NCBI RefSeq assembly: GCF_009914755.1
Contig: NC_060934.1
Origin: the human T2T-CHM13v2.0 reference genome, Homo sapiens
DNA: 64,000 bases
Strand: one strand, 5' to 3'
This document shows positions 41,283 through 56,849 of this stretch, in pieces; within the stretch, counting starts at the first letter, position 1, and every line of letters starts with the position of its first letter. A program made the translations under genes and the position numbers. The notes below the pieces were generated by a model. That model was not told the origin of the DNA. It worked only from the letters and a program-made list of their open reading frames with translations, and did no database searches.

Positions 41283-41415
41283 GCATGTAAATAAAGTGCT
41301 TTTTCTTTCATTTTCTACTTTCATTATTTAAACAAATACTAACAGAGCACCTACCATATGCTAGGCACACTGTACTAGGTGCTGGGGTTATATTTCATAT
41401 TATGTTCTCTCAGAC

Positions 41416-41770
41416 ATCATGTCCTTTGCCAGGACATGGATGGAGTTGGAAGCCATTATCCTCAGCAAACTAACGCAAGAACAGAAAACCAAATAATGCA
41501 TGTTCTCACTTATAAGTGGGAGCTGAATAATGAGACTATACGGGCACATGATGAGGAACAAAACATAGTGGGGCCTGTCAGCAAGGGGTGGAGGTGGGAG
41601 GGAGAGCATCAGGAAGAATAGCCAATGAGTGCTAAGGCTTAATACCTAGGTGATGGGATGATCTATGCAGCAAACCACCATGGCATGGCACACATTTACC
41701 TATGTAACAAATCTGCACGTCCTGCACATGTGTACCCCTGAACTTAAAATAAAAGTTGAAGAAAAAAAAA
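41416..41770 (+). mobile_element. L1PA/PB 3'-end fragment
   Basis: catgtcctttgc...gcatgttctcacttataagtgggagctgaa...aacttaaaataaaag followed by an A tail. Confidence 0.88.
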
Positions 41771-42505
41771 ACAGCAATTTTTATTTTTTCCCATTTATTC
41801 CACATTAATTTTTTTGTACATATTTTCTAAGGAACATATTTCAAAATCTATGGGTCTAAGATTCTTAGATGTAAATCTCTTACTCCTTTCAAAGGTTAAT
41901 AGAAAATTTAGGTTCAGAAAGGGTATAGCTACGAGATGACAAGGAGATACATTTAAAGCACCTAATTTAAGAAAAAAATTATTACTCAGTCAAAAGTTTA
42001 ACTTTTTATTAATAAATAATAAAACCTAGAGATACCCTAATAATCTTGGGGCAAAGTCATCTTTTTTTTCATGCTAGAAGAAAAGAATCATACACAGCAG
42101 GTGTTGGTTAAACTGAATTCTGCTGCTGTTTCCCACGAACTCTCAAAGTGATACCACAAATCTCTCCATTAACACCATGTGGCAAACAAGCAGCTATAAT
42201 TAGGTGTTAGTCCATTTTCCATGCAACCACGTCCTAACACTGATCATCTAATTACTTTAATTGATCATTTATGTATTTGAAAAGCACTTCATACTTATTG
42301 ATACAGACAATAACATTTTTACTGAAGTATCTATTTAAAATTTAAGAAGTATTTTTGCAATCAAGAAAACAAATAGACCTCCAAAACCTCCAATGCGATA
42401 GAATTTTAATATAATTTTAAGTGATCATATGAATATCTTATGTCACCTTGAATGCTAAAAGAAATGGATTTTACTTTTTAATTTCAAAATAACAAGTTAG
42501 TTTTA

Positions 42506-42649
<144 letters not shown>

Positions 42650-43390
42650 TTACAAACTGAAAAAAACTTAGATTAGTCTCTACAGTTAATCTTGCTAATA
42701 TTTGTTAGCATTGTATTTTCAAAGCATCTATGGCAATTAATTAATACATTTCAACATGGCACATGGAGGTACTGTCATCTCTATTTTTAAGATTCTAACA
42801 GGGAGATACAGACAAAGAAGGAGAGAGTATAACAAGAAATTGTTAAGAATGCCCAATGCATTAGCATGTTCAGGCCATTACGGAAGTGTCCCTTAAGTGG
42901 CACAAAAGCAGTCAGTGCTCTTTTTAAAGGTGTGAACATCTGATTTACACATTCCCTGATGGTATAATTAACTTCTTACACACTTTCTGCCTTTTATCCC
43001 ACACACCTAAAAGATGCTCCAAACAGCAAAAAGGTTGCCTTGTCCCCAAAATATCCTCATGGATTGTAGAGTGCTAACTCCTAATCTCTTTCCTGCCACC
43101 TTCTCACTGGTCTCTCAGAAGATACCAAGCTTCTCCTCATCTATCTGAAAACTCCAGTTAATCCTACTGGCCATCTTCAGTGTTCTCTCTTTCTCACTCT
43201 CATTTCCCCTCCCCTGCCCTTTCTCCTTCTTTTCTCTCCTCTTTTCAGTTCTTGCTATTTCTTCAGGAAAACTTTTTTCTTTTTCTTAAATGACATTGAT
43301 GCTATCTGATAAGACAAAAACAACGATAAATCTTCATCAAGGGAAGACATCACTTTTGAATGAAATTAGGCATGAAACATTGGTATCATC

Positions 43391-43809
<419 letters not shown>

Positions 43810-46800
43810 TCAAAATAACATAAAACCTATTACGGTCATCACAATGTTGTGCCTAACACTTTGAAACTTAAAAATAAATGTCCAAACAGGGAAATAATTA
43901 AATAAATTATAGCAGAAGCCCTTCAGGTAAGAACTAGTACTCTTATTATCATCGTAATATACTTGAATGTTATGGTTCAGAAAATAAGATGCCAGTTCTA
44001 ATAATTGAAATATTGAAGAGCTACAATAAGTAGTACACAAGGCTTTAACTATTACACTACTGAGACTTTTTTAAACTAAAGCTTTAGTGACTAAGTCATA
44101 AAGCAGCTTTAAGAAACTTCGATCATGTGGTTGAAGGTGAGTGACAAAGATGAACAACTTTTATTATAAAACAGTGAATACTGTAAGGTTGATTCAAATA
44201 ATGACTTACAAAATTTGTTTTGTTCTTTTGGTATAAATATAGTATGCCTCAAATTTGAAATTTCAGTAGATAGTGACTACAGTCATAGAAATTTTAATCC
44301 CATGCGATCACTTTAACTGGAGGAATATGTACAGAAAGGCTTCATGTTGACCATAAAACTAGACTCGCAACATTTGCCACATGCTCGACAAGCATGTGTG
44401 GTTAAAAACAAGTGAATTTAAGACTTGTTTTCCCAAAGGAAGTTATGATCTATACCACTTCACAATTATAGTAAACTGTGATTTTAAAGTAATATCATCC
44501 ACAAAAAGTCACTTCAAATTATCTTCTAAATTTCTAGAGTAAAGATGTCGTACTGCAGGCAACTGATTTGAATAACAGAAAGTGTAGAAATCACTGCAAA
44601 TGCTAAAAGTAAAATTTTAATAGGAACGTGTAATATGACTGACTTCAGTGGACCCGAACAAGTAAAATAATGACATTTTTAATGAGTAACATAAGCGCTC
44701 TGACACTTATTTCTTAAGCTATATTACTTGAAAAGTCTTCAGACATTATTTTGTTGCTGTTGCTCAATTCTGTACTCAATAATTGTACATAAGTTACTGT
44801 ACATCATTTATCTTAAAGTTAAATCTACATTTAGGGAAAAAAACTCCATCAAATGGCTGTGATTACATTAAAAAGTAGGAAATCTGGGGGTGGAAATAAA
44901 AAATTAATGGTCCCCATACTAGTACAGAGCTAAAATTAAAAATCAGGTACATATGGGAAAGCTTAAGAAACACTGATACAGTGTCACTATCATCATCCAT
45001 GGCAACAATTAATCCAAATTACTGAGCATTTACCATGCACAAGAAACTATTTTAAGCAACTATTTAACAACTATTAGAAACTACTTAGCAACTATTTAAA
45101 TAAGAAACTATTTAGTTAAACTGTTTTATTTTATCCCTTCCCTTTAAGCTATTTATGGATATTTACCTCATTTAATTATACTAACAATTCTATAACTTTA
45201 ATTATACCAACAACTCAATTTTACCAACGTAGAACGTGAATCACAAAGAGGTTAAATAACTTGCCCAAAAGCAAGCACAAGATGTTATAAAAGATGACTG
45301 ATTTTACAGTTTGTAAAAAACAATGACCACGGCCCATGGTTTTGCCCAGCTGGACTTACTAAAATACATGGAATAGCGAACAGGAAAGTATCAAGAAAGC
45401 CCAAGAGCAGAAAACACTAAAATAATGATAATATAATTACACCAAAAACTTAAAAGGAATATAAAAACGATGTCTTTGGAATCCAAGCAGTAGGAGGTGA
45501 CAAAACAAAACATGAACACAAAATCACATATAGCAGAAAAAGAATTAAATTATAAGACCCTAAAATAAAAATTTTCTAATTATGCTGTTTTTCAAATACT
45601 TGTACTGTTACATGACAGACTAACTTATTACAGTTACATATCTTTCTTCACAAATTTTTAACTATCATAGAAGTTTTACAAACTCTATAAAACAAAGTGG
45701 GAATTACCTCCAAACACAACAGTTTGGATGAAATTTGCTTATTCCCCAGAACAGTAGTCCAGTTTACAGTTGTTGATAATCCTTCAACTGACAAAGTGGC
45801 ATTTCATCTTTTCTACATCAGCCCCATAATGTAGGTTCAGCGGGTGGTTTCCACTTAAAATGTAAGTAAAACAAGATACAGAAGAAAAGTATCTGCCCTA
45901 GGTCAAAAAGTTCTACCTTCTTATTACAAATTCGGGGACTTTCTGCCAAATCACACTGTCTTCTAAAAATTACCGCTTTATTAAAGTGGCAGAATTTATC
46001 AGTAAAAAGTGATAGCTGGTTGTCCTCAACTCATAAACGAACATCATTCATTCATTCTAAAATGATAACTTGTAATGAATGCCCGCTTTGTGGCCAACGC
46101 TTATGAGGTTCTGTGGCTACAAACATGAAAAAGATCTGTGGAGCTCACAGCGTACTGGGAAGAGAAATACGTAAGCTGATAATTATAACTTAAACAGAGA
46201 ATCCTTTATCATAAAACACAGTCACATACATGAGCTGCTAACAGTGCTGAGCACCATGCCCTGACAGGGGAGGTGCTGGTAGAGACAGACTCCCCAGTGA
46301 GCCAGAGTGGTAAAAGAAGGATGGTGGGCACCACACTGTCGAGATCTGTGAGAGAAGCTATCAGGGAGTGGCTAGCCCTTCTACAAAAAGATACATACAA
46401 TTCTAAGAGAGAACTAGAAAAGGGTTAGGGACAAAGTTGCTGGGGTGAGCGCCATGCATCTGCTGTGATGGTCACTTCTTATGGGTCCAACACAGGGACT
46501 GTCATCCTGAGCTTATCTTAGAGATAACAGAAGAAAGGAGGAACTAATCCTGTGTGAGAGATGGAAAGGAGTTCCTTTAGAGAAAATGACAATAAACTCA
46601 ATACTGAATAGGAATGTGCCAGGAAGGGAAAAGTGGGGGTGGGAGCAAGGATGTGGATAATGATGAGTCCAACAGTAATAATGACAATTGTTAAAGAACA
46701 CTTTCTGATTATTTATTATGAGCTGACACTATGCTATGTGTTTCTAAATTAATTCATTCATTGTAATATTACTGCATCCCTAAAAAGGTAGGTACTATTA

Positions 46801-47773
46801 TTAACATATCCATTTCACAAATGAAAAAATTAGGACATAGAAAGGTTAGGTAACTAGCTCAAAAGAAACTGTGTTATAAGAACTCAAATTCAGTCTGAGT
46901 CTGACTTCAGAATCCATACTCTTAACAACCATGATAAAGAACTTCTACATATTGAATTGTAACATTTCAGTATTCCAATTTGAAAAGTATCACCTTTAAG
47001 ATTCTTCTACAAATTTGTTTCATAGATATGATACATAAAATCTTTAAAAAGTCTACAGTAGTCCCACAGAAACATTTAAAAATCTATGGACTTAAAAAAA
47101 AAATTCCAACAAATGACTAATGTTTTCAGTACCTTTTTCTAAACCTTGGTGATTAAAACAGTGACAAGTGTGCAATCCACATCATTATGACTGCCAGTGA
47201 GTAAACTTTTCAGCCCAGCAAGCCTGGCTGAGTTTTGTGCGAGTGTGCGCCATGAAACAGAGGCTCACTCGAGCTGCTTATGCCTTTCACTGCCTCTCCA
47301 TTTTCTCTCATCATCCCTGCTCCACTGGCTCCTTTGTTTCTGCCTTCAAACAGCAACAGGTCTCCCAAATCTGCATCTAAAAAAGTTTTAAACCATCCAC
47401 AAGGCCCTACTGTGTTTTATAACTACATTCTACTTCCCTGACAGACACCAAAAGGGAAAGCTGGCATAAAAGATGGTACAGTTAAATGAGCTCTAAGTCT
47501 GGACATTCTTTTGCTTGTTGCTAACAAGCTGTGTGACCTTAAGAAATTTATTTCTAGGCAATATGCCTCCATTTTCCAGTCAGTTAAAAAAAAATGGTTA
47601 ATATGGTCTGAAAGGTCCATTCAATTATTTGACCAACAAAAAAATATGTGTATTTGTAGAAGGCACTTTGCTGTGACATAGCTTAGACACAAGTATATCA
47701 TGACCAGTTAAATCATAATGGTCTCCACTTAACAGAGATAACTTCACTTCATAGACTATATTTTTAAAATACA

Positions 47774-48077
47774 GGCTGGGCACAGTGGCTCATGCCTGTA
47801 ATCCCAATGCTTTTGGAGGCTGAGGCAGGAGAATCATTTGACACCAGGAATTCGAGACCAGCCTGGGCAACATAGCAAGACCCTATCTCTAGAAAAATAA
47901 AATTTTTTTTTTAATTAGCAGGCATGGTGGTGCTTGCCTACAGTCCCAGCTACTTGGGAAGCTGAGGCAGGACAATCACTTAAGCCCAGGAGTTGCAGGC
48001 TGCAGAGAACTATAATTGCGCAACTGCACCCCAGCCTGGGCAACAGAGACCGTGTCTCTCAAAAAAAAACAAAAAAA
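47774..48077 (+). mobile_element. AluJ
   Basis: Diverged dimer with AluJ diagnostic positions. Confidence 0.88.
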
Positions 48078-49776
48078 TTTACAATACTACTGTACATAGG
48101 GAGGCAGTCACTGTGAGAACAGAGGCAACACAAACAACCTTAACAGAATTTTTTTTTTTTTCATTAAAGCTTGGGTTCTAAAAATCCAAATATTCCCTAC
48201 CAGGGCTATATTTTTATTTCAAATATTTTTAGAATTTCTCTGTATTACTACTATATAAGTAAGGAATCTGTGGAGAGAAAACATACTTCTCCTTGAAAGA
48301 CAAGAAAAAAAATGCTAGTTTTTTTACTTGAATGCAATTTAAAACTAGGTGTGAATTGAAAGCAGTAATTCTTTTAGAAGGTTCATTCTGTTTCACACCA
48401 AATTGGGCCACATATATCATCAAATGATTCTAGCATTATAGTTATCGGAGAGTGCTTCAAAATTATACTTCAAAGACATGGCACTGCTAAAATCTCACTA
48501 AATGGGAACTGCATTAGCCAGAGTTGCTGTCAGAATAATAGCCCAGTAGAATTGTTCGTTTTTAGAGAGGCTTACGTACTTTCATAGGCATATGTAGACC
48601 ACAGAATAACAAAATATTCATTCTACAAATATTTTATTAGAATGAATGTGAGATTAAAGGATAGGTGCAATGCATTGAAATCTACCCTGTAATTACCACT
48701 TGAGCAATCTTTCCACAAAGATGTAAAGTAGTTGTCAAATGTAGGCCAATCTGAGACTGCATAATATTAAACAAGAGAACAGATGTTGTAACTAATATTC
48801 TACTTTGAAGTGTGTCCTCTTAAAAACATCCTGAGTTCTAAACCTAATGCTAAAACAGACAGTTAATAAAATCAACCACCCCAAATGAACTCACCCCTGA
48901 TGAAAACAAAGTAATATAAGAGCCTAAGGATATTTAGTATGCTCAAAAAGAAAAGGCTCATTAGCTCTGTAAGATACCCATGTCAAAAAGATTCCCATGG
49001 TTAAGTCGGTTTCATGTGATTTAAGATCCCTCTTAAAAATTCATACCTCATATTAAAGACTAAATAATCCTACAGTAAAGAAAGAAATCTTGCTTAATTT
49101 TTTTTTAGTTCAGGTTTTCCCAACTTTATTTAACCAGAGAGCCCTTTCCTCATTTAATAATAAGCAACACATACTGACTGCATACTAAACGCCTGGCACT
49201 ATTCTATGCTTTACATCAACTAACTTATTTAATCCTCACAACAAGCCTAATGGGGTAGGTAGTACAGCAGAAAAAAGTTAAATGCCTTTCCCAAGGTCAT
49301 ATGGCTAGGAAGTGGCAGAGCTGGGGTTTGACCCATGATAGTCTGCCTCTAGAATCTGCCTCTTCACCATCAGGCTATACTACTGCTTCTGTGGAACTAG
49401 TAGAACCCAAGAAACTCATGCTCCCTGGAATTCTCATCAGCAAATGTTGACATAAGATAATCTGTATCTATACAAAAAGGGAAAAGAAAGGATTATACTG
49501 AAAAAAGTGTGAGGAATGGACAAAAATCCCAACAGTTAACTCAGTTGTGTTTTGCTAGTAGGACTAAGTTAGATTTCTTTTTTTCCTTTAAAATGTTTTT
49601 ATTGTTCAGCCTTCCTTCAAGAAATTAATAGGGGTAGTTAACATTTACTGAATGCTTGTTCTATGTAAGGTACAATGCTAAGTGCTTTACATGCATTAAA
49701 TCATGAAATCTTCATCCCTTTGAAATGGGACACTATTATCTCCATTCTGCAGATGAGGAAACTGAGGCTTAGACAT

Positions 49777-50460
49777 CAGTGGTTCTCAAAATATGGCCCA
49801 TGAAACCAAAACGATTTTCATAATAAAACTATTTCTTTTTACAGTGCTGACTTTTGCACCGATCATAAAAAAGCTATAGTGAAACTTTTGCACTGATGAT
49901 AGAAAAGCTATGGTGGTAAAACTACCGGCTCTTGGAACTAATCAAGGCAGCAGTAGTGCTGTACTGTGGAATTAGTGATTCCTCACTCTGTGTTTTAAAA
50001 AGTCAGTTTAACTTAAGAATGCCCTCGATGAAGCAGTAAAAAGTGTTAACTTGATTAAATATCAACCCTTGACAGAGGTCTTATTAACGTAACGAGCAGT
50101 GACGAGACGGGAAGTGCATACGGAGCTCTGTGCTGCACAACCAAGTGCAATGACTGTGTCAAGAAAAAGTGCTTAGGATGAAATTCTTTGAATCATGAAC
50201 ATTTTCACAAACCACTGTTATTACTTGAAAGAATAAGCAACTGCCACTCAAGCACTGGGTATCTGGCAGACATTTTCTCAAAAATATCTTAAATGAGCCT
50301 GTCACTTGAAGGAAGATAACTGACACAGTATTTATTGCCACTGATGATATTTGACCTTTCAAATAAAACTTAACAGCTTTGGAAAACTTCTACCACCAGG
50401 AGCTTGACATCTTCTCACTGTTTAAAGACTTTTCTGATGAGACGCATGGTGATATTAATA
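49777..50460 (+). mobile_element. hAT-Charlie (Charlie1-like) DNA transposon remnant
   Basis: CAGTGGTTCTCAAA terminus and degenerate transposase sequence gatgaagcagtaaaa...ctgcacaaccaagt. Confidence 0.7.
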
Positions 50461-51005
50461 TATGTATGTATTTTTCTCTAACTAACTTAGCACAAACTCA
50501 ACGCAAGGCAAAAACATTAAAGGGGAGGTTTGCTAGAAGCTTTTGAAAAAGGAGATTGCTCCTGCTTGAGGGAATGCTTTCAGAGGCCAGCCCTCTCTCT
50601 TTCTGAGCAGTATGATCTGTGGATACAAAGCCTGGAACTGCTCCAGTGATTCTGACCTCAAAGGGAAGCCAACCTCAAGATGGGGCTGACAGTGCAGAAG
50701 GCAGAGAAGAGATGGAAGAAACTATGGCACAGGCAACTTCATTAAGCAGCTGAATTAAATCACTCCTGAAACCCATCCCACCTCTGAACCATTCAATACA
50801 GACTTAAATGTCGAAACCAATCCGAATCGGGTATTACGTTACTTACAATATAAAAACTCCTAATTCGAGGCATACTGCTAAATTAAACCAAAATTTCAAA
50901 ACCAAATATGAATGTAACACTCTTATAATTAAAGAAGAACTTCTACTATGAAAATCCACATTGAGTTTATATAGTTTCATATGGAAAAACATGATTTTAA
51001 ATTAC

Positions 51006-51086
51006 CTTTTCAGTGTTCTTGTATTTTTCCCATCCTTTCAGCATTTTCAGCCATTTGGTAGTTCTTTCAATTTCCAGGTGCTTTTG
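51006..51086 (-). CDS. USP6NL: USP6NL coding exon, 81 nt: QKHLEIERTTKWLKMLKGWEKYKNTEK
   Basis: tttag|CAA...AAG|gtaat, phase 0-0. Contains the KW motif typical just before a TBC domain. Confidence 0.96.
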
Positions 51087-54000
51087 CTAAAATAAAATTG
51101 AAATTCATTGTTATTGTTGTTCGTTTCTTTACTTATGAGTTATAAAAAACTTCAAAGAAAATGCTTCTAAAAAAGGAACTAAAAAAGTTATGCTATATTA
51201 GCAGATATCCTAACTTGTAAAAAGTTGGATAATATCAGAACTGTATCAATACTAGTCCATAGCTAAAGTTAAGATTAATAGGAAATGCTCTCTCTAGGTA
51301 AAAAGATATTATTTAAATTTTCCAAGACTTTAAAAGTAACCAAAATATTGTGTATTCTACAAATTTAAACAAAATTTTAAAAAATATTTTGAAATATTTT
51401 ACAAAGCAACAAAAACACTACTTTGAAATTTAATTCTCTTCTTTCTTATTTTACTGAATTCTAGTATATTGTTGTTTTTAGCGAGAGTTTTTTAAAGGAA
51501 AAGTGGCTGTTTATTTATTTAATGGAAAGATTAATGTGTAAGTAGCCTTATGCTAGAGGGAAACTATTAAAAAAAATAAAACTAAGTACTAGTTGCTGCC
51601 CTAAAGAAATCTGACCAGGTGCTAAGGACAATGGACAAGGAACACACTGCGTTGTGGCAGGCACTGGCACAGGCAGGAAGGGCCACGGCAGAAGGGGCAG
51701 TCAAATCCACCTAGGCATGCCAGAGAAAATGATCCCAAAATGAGGAACAGAGAGATTATTAGGGTTTGTTTTTTTTTAATCAAATGCAATGTGGGAAAGA
51801 ATGTTCCAGGCAGCCTTGAGAATGCATGTATTTCTGAGACAGCAGGGGCCGACAGCAGCTCCAAAGGGTTTACAAAAAAGCATCAGGACACCAGGCTGCC
51901 AAAGTTGGGAGAAGTCTCTTGCGTGCCCACTCAAGTGAAATTCAGGGGCAAGGCTGCGGAATGGGGAAAGTGAGACGGAAAATGCTCGCTCTTCACTTGT
52001 TTGGTTTCCAGGAGAAGGAATATTTTTTCCTAAGTACCTGGGCCCATGAGTGTAGTAAGTATATGAATAAAAAGCAATGAAAATACAAGTCTACTCAGAA
52101 AAGAAAATCATTCTGAGGATACATTTTATACTCAAGGATGCATGCTCACTGCAACCCCACGAGGTAGGTATGATTGTCACCATTTTACAATGAGGAAACA
52201 GGCACAAAGGGCTTAAGGGACTTGTCCCAAGTCACCCCTCTCATAAGTGGTAGAAGACGGATTCAAAGCCAGGCAAGCCTGGCTCCAGGACGTACACTCT
52301 GAGCCACCACATCTCTGGCTCCCATCCTGTCCTCTGCCCTAGTTCAGGCAATCATCATTCCTGGATGGAAGCAGCAGCTCCTTACTGACTGTCTGCAATC
52401 CAGCCTCAAACAGGCAGACATTATGCTGGCAGATGGCATATATGCCTCACCACCACTATTTTTAGACCTAAAAGTACATAAAATTCCAAAGAAAATCCTG
52501 AATTTAGGAAAAGTTATCTCACCAATGAGAATATTTTTATAGAATTTCAATTTTAGGCATATTCTTAAAACTCTCAATTACCTAACTCTTTTTAAAATTT
52601 TTGATGGGTTTCTCACAATAAAAGATGAGCACTCATGAGAAAAAGATATTCTTTTATAATTCGTATTTTTCAAAAGGCTAAGTATATTTTCCTCATTATA
52701 TTATTAGTGATAAACTGTTGCAGATGGTTCCAGAAATATGTTTAATTTTAAAACTCAGTGGGGCACTGAAATCTAATTAATGTTTCTGCTAAATGTGACT
52801 TTAGAGAAGGCCAAGCTGTGAAAAATTAAGATTGATCTAAATTGCCATTTGGTATTTTTTGTTCTTCTGCACTTTCTCCCCTGACTTCTTCAAAGCATAA
52901 TCCTTTTTTCCACCAACAGGAAAACACCAAATAATTCAAGCCAACCCAAGAGTATAACAACATACACTTTGCCAGGAACAACCCTGCTGAGATCTAGCAG
53001 GTCTCTTGCTATCTTTCATTTTTATGACCATGAATTATCAATGAATCACTTTAGGAAGCAGTCATTTTTTTAAAAGCACACTTTTGAATTCTAATGCTTA
53101 TCATATATACAGATTATTTTAAATGCTATACATTCCCAAGCTGCAAGAACAAAACACACACATACACATACAAAAAAAATTAAGGATCATTAAGTATGCT
53201 TTTCCCTACAGCAAAAAATAAAATAAAATAATATATATTATACACACACACACACACACACCCCTTGGGAAGCTATAGGATCCGAAAATTATGTATCAGT
53301 ATTCAATCAAGTTTAAGTGCTAACTCCATAATGCTGTCCATTCAACAATACCAAACTTGAATGCACATGAAAGTCTCTTTCCCCCAATCATGAATCTATA
53401 ATTCATAGATGAAATATACTTTCTCACCAAAGATGCTGAAGCTAACTATTCCAGCAACTGTTTTGAAGAAGTAACTGAAAACATATTCATATGTGACAAA
53501 TGTGAACTTAAGTGCCCCCAAAAAATAAGCTAGGGAATGTCATCTTGCCATAGACTCAACCACAATAAGACAAAACTGGAATATAATAGTGTATTAGAAA
53601 CTCCACTTAAAGTTCAACAGAGACTTTAAAGTCGACATATCTGAAACTATTTTCCCAAACATGCTGCTAGTACCCTTCTGTCCCTGACATGAATTAACAG
53701 CATCACTACCCACTAAGCCCTCCTTCTCTCTCACTTCCCAGCCCCAAACCACACTCTGCTGGGTCCATGTTCTGTCTCCTGCTTCCATCCTGTCCTCTTC
53801 CCCAGTTCAGGTAATCAGAGTTCCTAGATGAAAACAGAAGCTCCCTGCTGGGATCCTTGTCTTCACTCCAGCCTCCACACTGCTACCACAACCCTTCACA
53901 CATGTCCCAGTTTATAATCCTTCAATGGCTACCCATTTTCTAGAAGTAAAGTTCAAATTTCTTAGCACAGCACACATGAGCAGCCTTTCAGAATGTGGCC

Positions 54001-54889
54001 CCAATTCACCTTCCAGTTCTACCTCCTGCTACTTCTGTGATCTGGCCACCATGAACTATTTGTCATTCCCATACACAATGCATTTTCAGCCTTTATGACA
54101 AATGTTTCCTATTTCTCTGCCTGTCATGTTTTCTCACCATCATTTGGTAAAATCCTATGCATCCTCTCAAGACCTAGGTCAAATGTCCAACGCCTGGAAC
54201 CTTTCCCAGATCGCTCCATGTTCCAAGCAAAACCAACTGTTCCCTTAGCATTCCATGGCATGGATTCAAGACCCAGATGACCTGGGTTCAAATCTGAGTT
54301 CTGTCCCATACTGTTTCATTTGGGGCAAACTACCTAATCTTTCTGTACCTTAATTGTCTCATCTATAAAACGAGAATTATTTTGATCATTGTTACAGCAC
54401 CTAACACCTGTGTTCTAGTTGGCCTAAATGCCCAAATTGTATTATCAAAGTATGAACTCCTTGACTACAGAGACTGGATATGTTCATGTTTTTATCACCT
54501 AAAACAGTGGTTGTTATATAAGAAAAGTTAAACATTTAAAAATTAAACAGAATTTACATAAGAAAAAACAACTGAACCCTATGAAGGAATTAATAACATT
54601 CTGTGGTCTCAAGGTGGAGGGGTGGGAAGTAGAATGAATACGAACAGATAGACTGAAACCAGAATGTTATTTCTGATAGCAATGTGATCACTGTAATACA
54701 GAAGTAACCAGAAGTTAATAATATCCCGTATGTGGCAGAATGGTAGAAATGGAATTATTCCATCATGCGGGTAACACTTTTCAAAGTGTTGCCAAAAGGC
54801 AGAGCTGCTGATGTTAACAGCCTATATGAAACTGATATTAAATAATTCTGTTGGCTTCATACACAAACATCTTAGTTCTCTCAATTTGT

Positions 54890-56200
54890 ATTTTGAAATA
54901 TTTCAAACCTACAGAAAAGTTGAGAGAATAGTATGTCACATACTTATAAATGCTTCATGAGACCCACAGATTATTAACCTTTTGCTAGATTTCATTTATA
55001 CTATTTAGGTTTTTAGGGGGAACTGATCATTAGACAATCACGACATGAATAGTTCATCCCTAAATATTTCAAGTACGTATCGCCTAAGAATGAAAACACA
55101 TTATCCTACATGATTACAGTACCATTATATCCAAGAAATTTAAAACTGGTTATTACCTCATAAGCAGCCTATATACCAAATTCCCCACTTGCCCCAAGAC
55201 TGTTCTTTATAGCTGGTTTTTTCTGTGGTGTGGGCAACTCGGAATCCAATCATGCATTCGGCATTGCCTTTGCTGGCAGGTCCCCAAAGTGCCTTGGCCT
55301 TTGTCTCTGATGACAATGATGTTTTGAAAAGTCAAGGCCACACTATCTGGCTTTGTGTGATTGGCTCCTCTGGATTTCAGCAGGATTATCACCCCATTAT
55401 GTTGTCTTTCCCAGCACATCACATCAGATGCACACGATGCCAAGCTGTACCACTTCTAGCGATGATGCTACAGTTTCATCATTCAGTAAAGGTTAGTATT
55501 TGCCCAATTTTTCCATTAATAGAGAAATTCCCTTTTGTAACTAATGAATAATCCACGTGATATACTTTGAGACAGGGCGCATATCATGTTCCTTAACAAC
55601 TCTACCCAATGGTCTCATCATCCGTTGATGATTCCTACCTGAATCAATTATGGGGCGCATATCATGTTCCTTAACAACTCTACCCAATGGTCTCATCATC
55701 CACTGATGATCCCTACCTGAATCAATTATGACTGTGATGGTGGTAAAATGGTGTTTGGGTTTTTTTTTCTATCATTCCTTCTATATTATTAAATGACATT
55801 ATTAACTTTGGACTTTAAAAAGTTTTTCTTTTCTAGCTCCTCCCCTTTCAATATCACTATAATCTAAAGAATTATTTGATTCCATGATTATAATCCATTA
55901 TCATCATTATTCTTTTTGAACCTCAAACTGTCCCCTAGGAGGTGGCTTAGACTACTTCCCGTCTGAGTGGCAATGTCTCCCCTTCAAATTTGTCCTTTTG
56001 ATATGCCCTATTTGTCTTTTACCATTTCTTAGTGTTCTGGTACAAAATGATTTTGGCCCACCTTATACTCTCCCTATCCCAACCTGCAGTCAGCCATCAG
56101 TTCAAGAACCTGTGATTCCCTGTAGTGGACAAGATGTTCAAAACTAAATTTTGGGCACTGGATGTGCTTCTCACCAATGAAATTTTTATAATTGTATAGA
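54890..56200 (-). mobile_element. Old L1MC/ME 3'-region remnant
   Basis: ttttgaaatatttcaaacctacagaaaagttg signature. Boundaries are approximate. Confidence 0.6.
55575..55730. repeat. 78-bp tandem duplication
   Basis: Copies at 55575-55652 and 55653-55730 with 3 mismatches. Confidence 0.93.
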
Positions 56201-56849
56201 AGACTCTGACATAAGAAAATTCTACTTCTCTCAGAATGTCAGAGCAACATACAGTCAAGGAAAATAATGCAAAGGCCATCATCTCCACCTCTACTCCCTC
56301 TGCTATCTCTCCATTACCTCTACTAGCTAAGAAAATGCTACACTGCTGTATACTTTTCTTCCCATGAGCTGTTTTCAGGGAAGGGCTAAACTTCTGTTTA
56401 AAGTTTATGATATAATACCCTATTGTCTTAAGTTGATCTTGCCTCTAAGTCAGAACTGGCCTCTCCTACTGGGGCAAAGAAGGTGGAAGGATTAAAACTG
56501 GAACCAATATCTTCTTTGTTACCTCTCAACCTCCAGTGATCTGAGACTACGTTTTCAACCCTGTACAGGACCAGCTGAATAGTAAGTATTCAATAATCAT
56601 TTGTTGAATCATCTACATAGCTTTGTCTTCTATCTGGTCCAAGGCCCTTCCCACTATTAACATGGCTAATAATTCAGATAGTAAAGGCTAGACACGTACA
56701 CAATGCATGGATGGATATTACATAGCCTTCTCTTGTAGAATAAGAAATCTTGGGATTTGCTCAGATTCAAGTCTTCAGATGCTTTAATGGCTCTATTTGA
56801 ACATTACTGCTTATTGTGATATAATGAGAACTATATGATCTCTGCCCCC

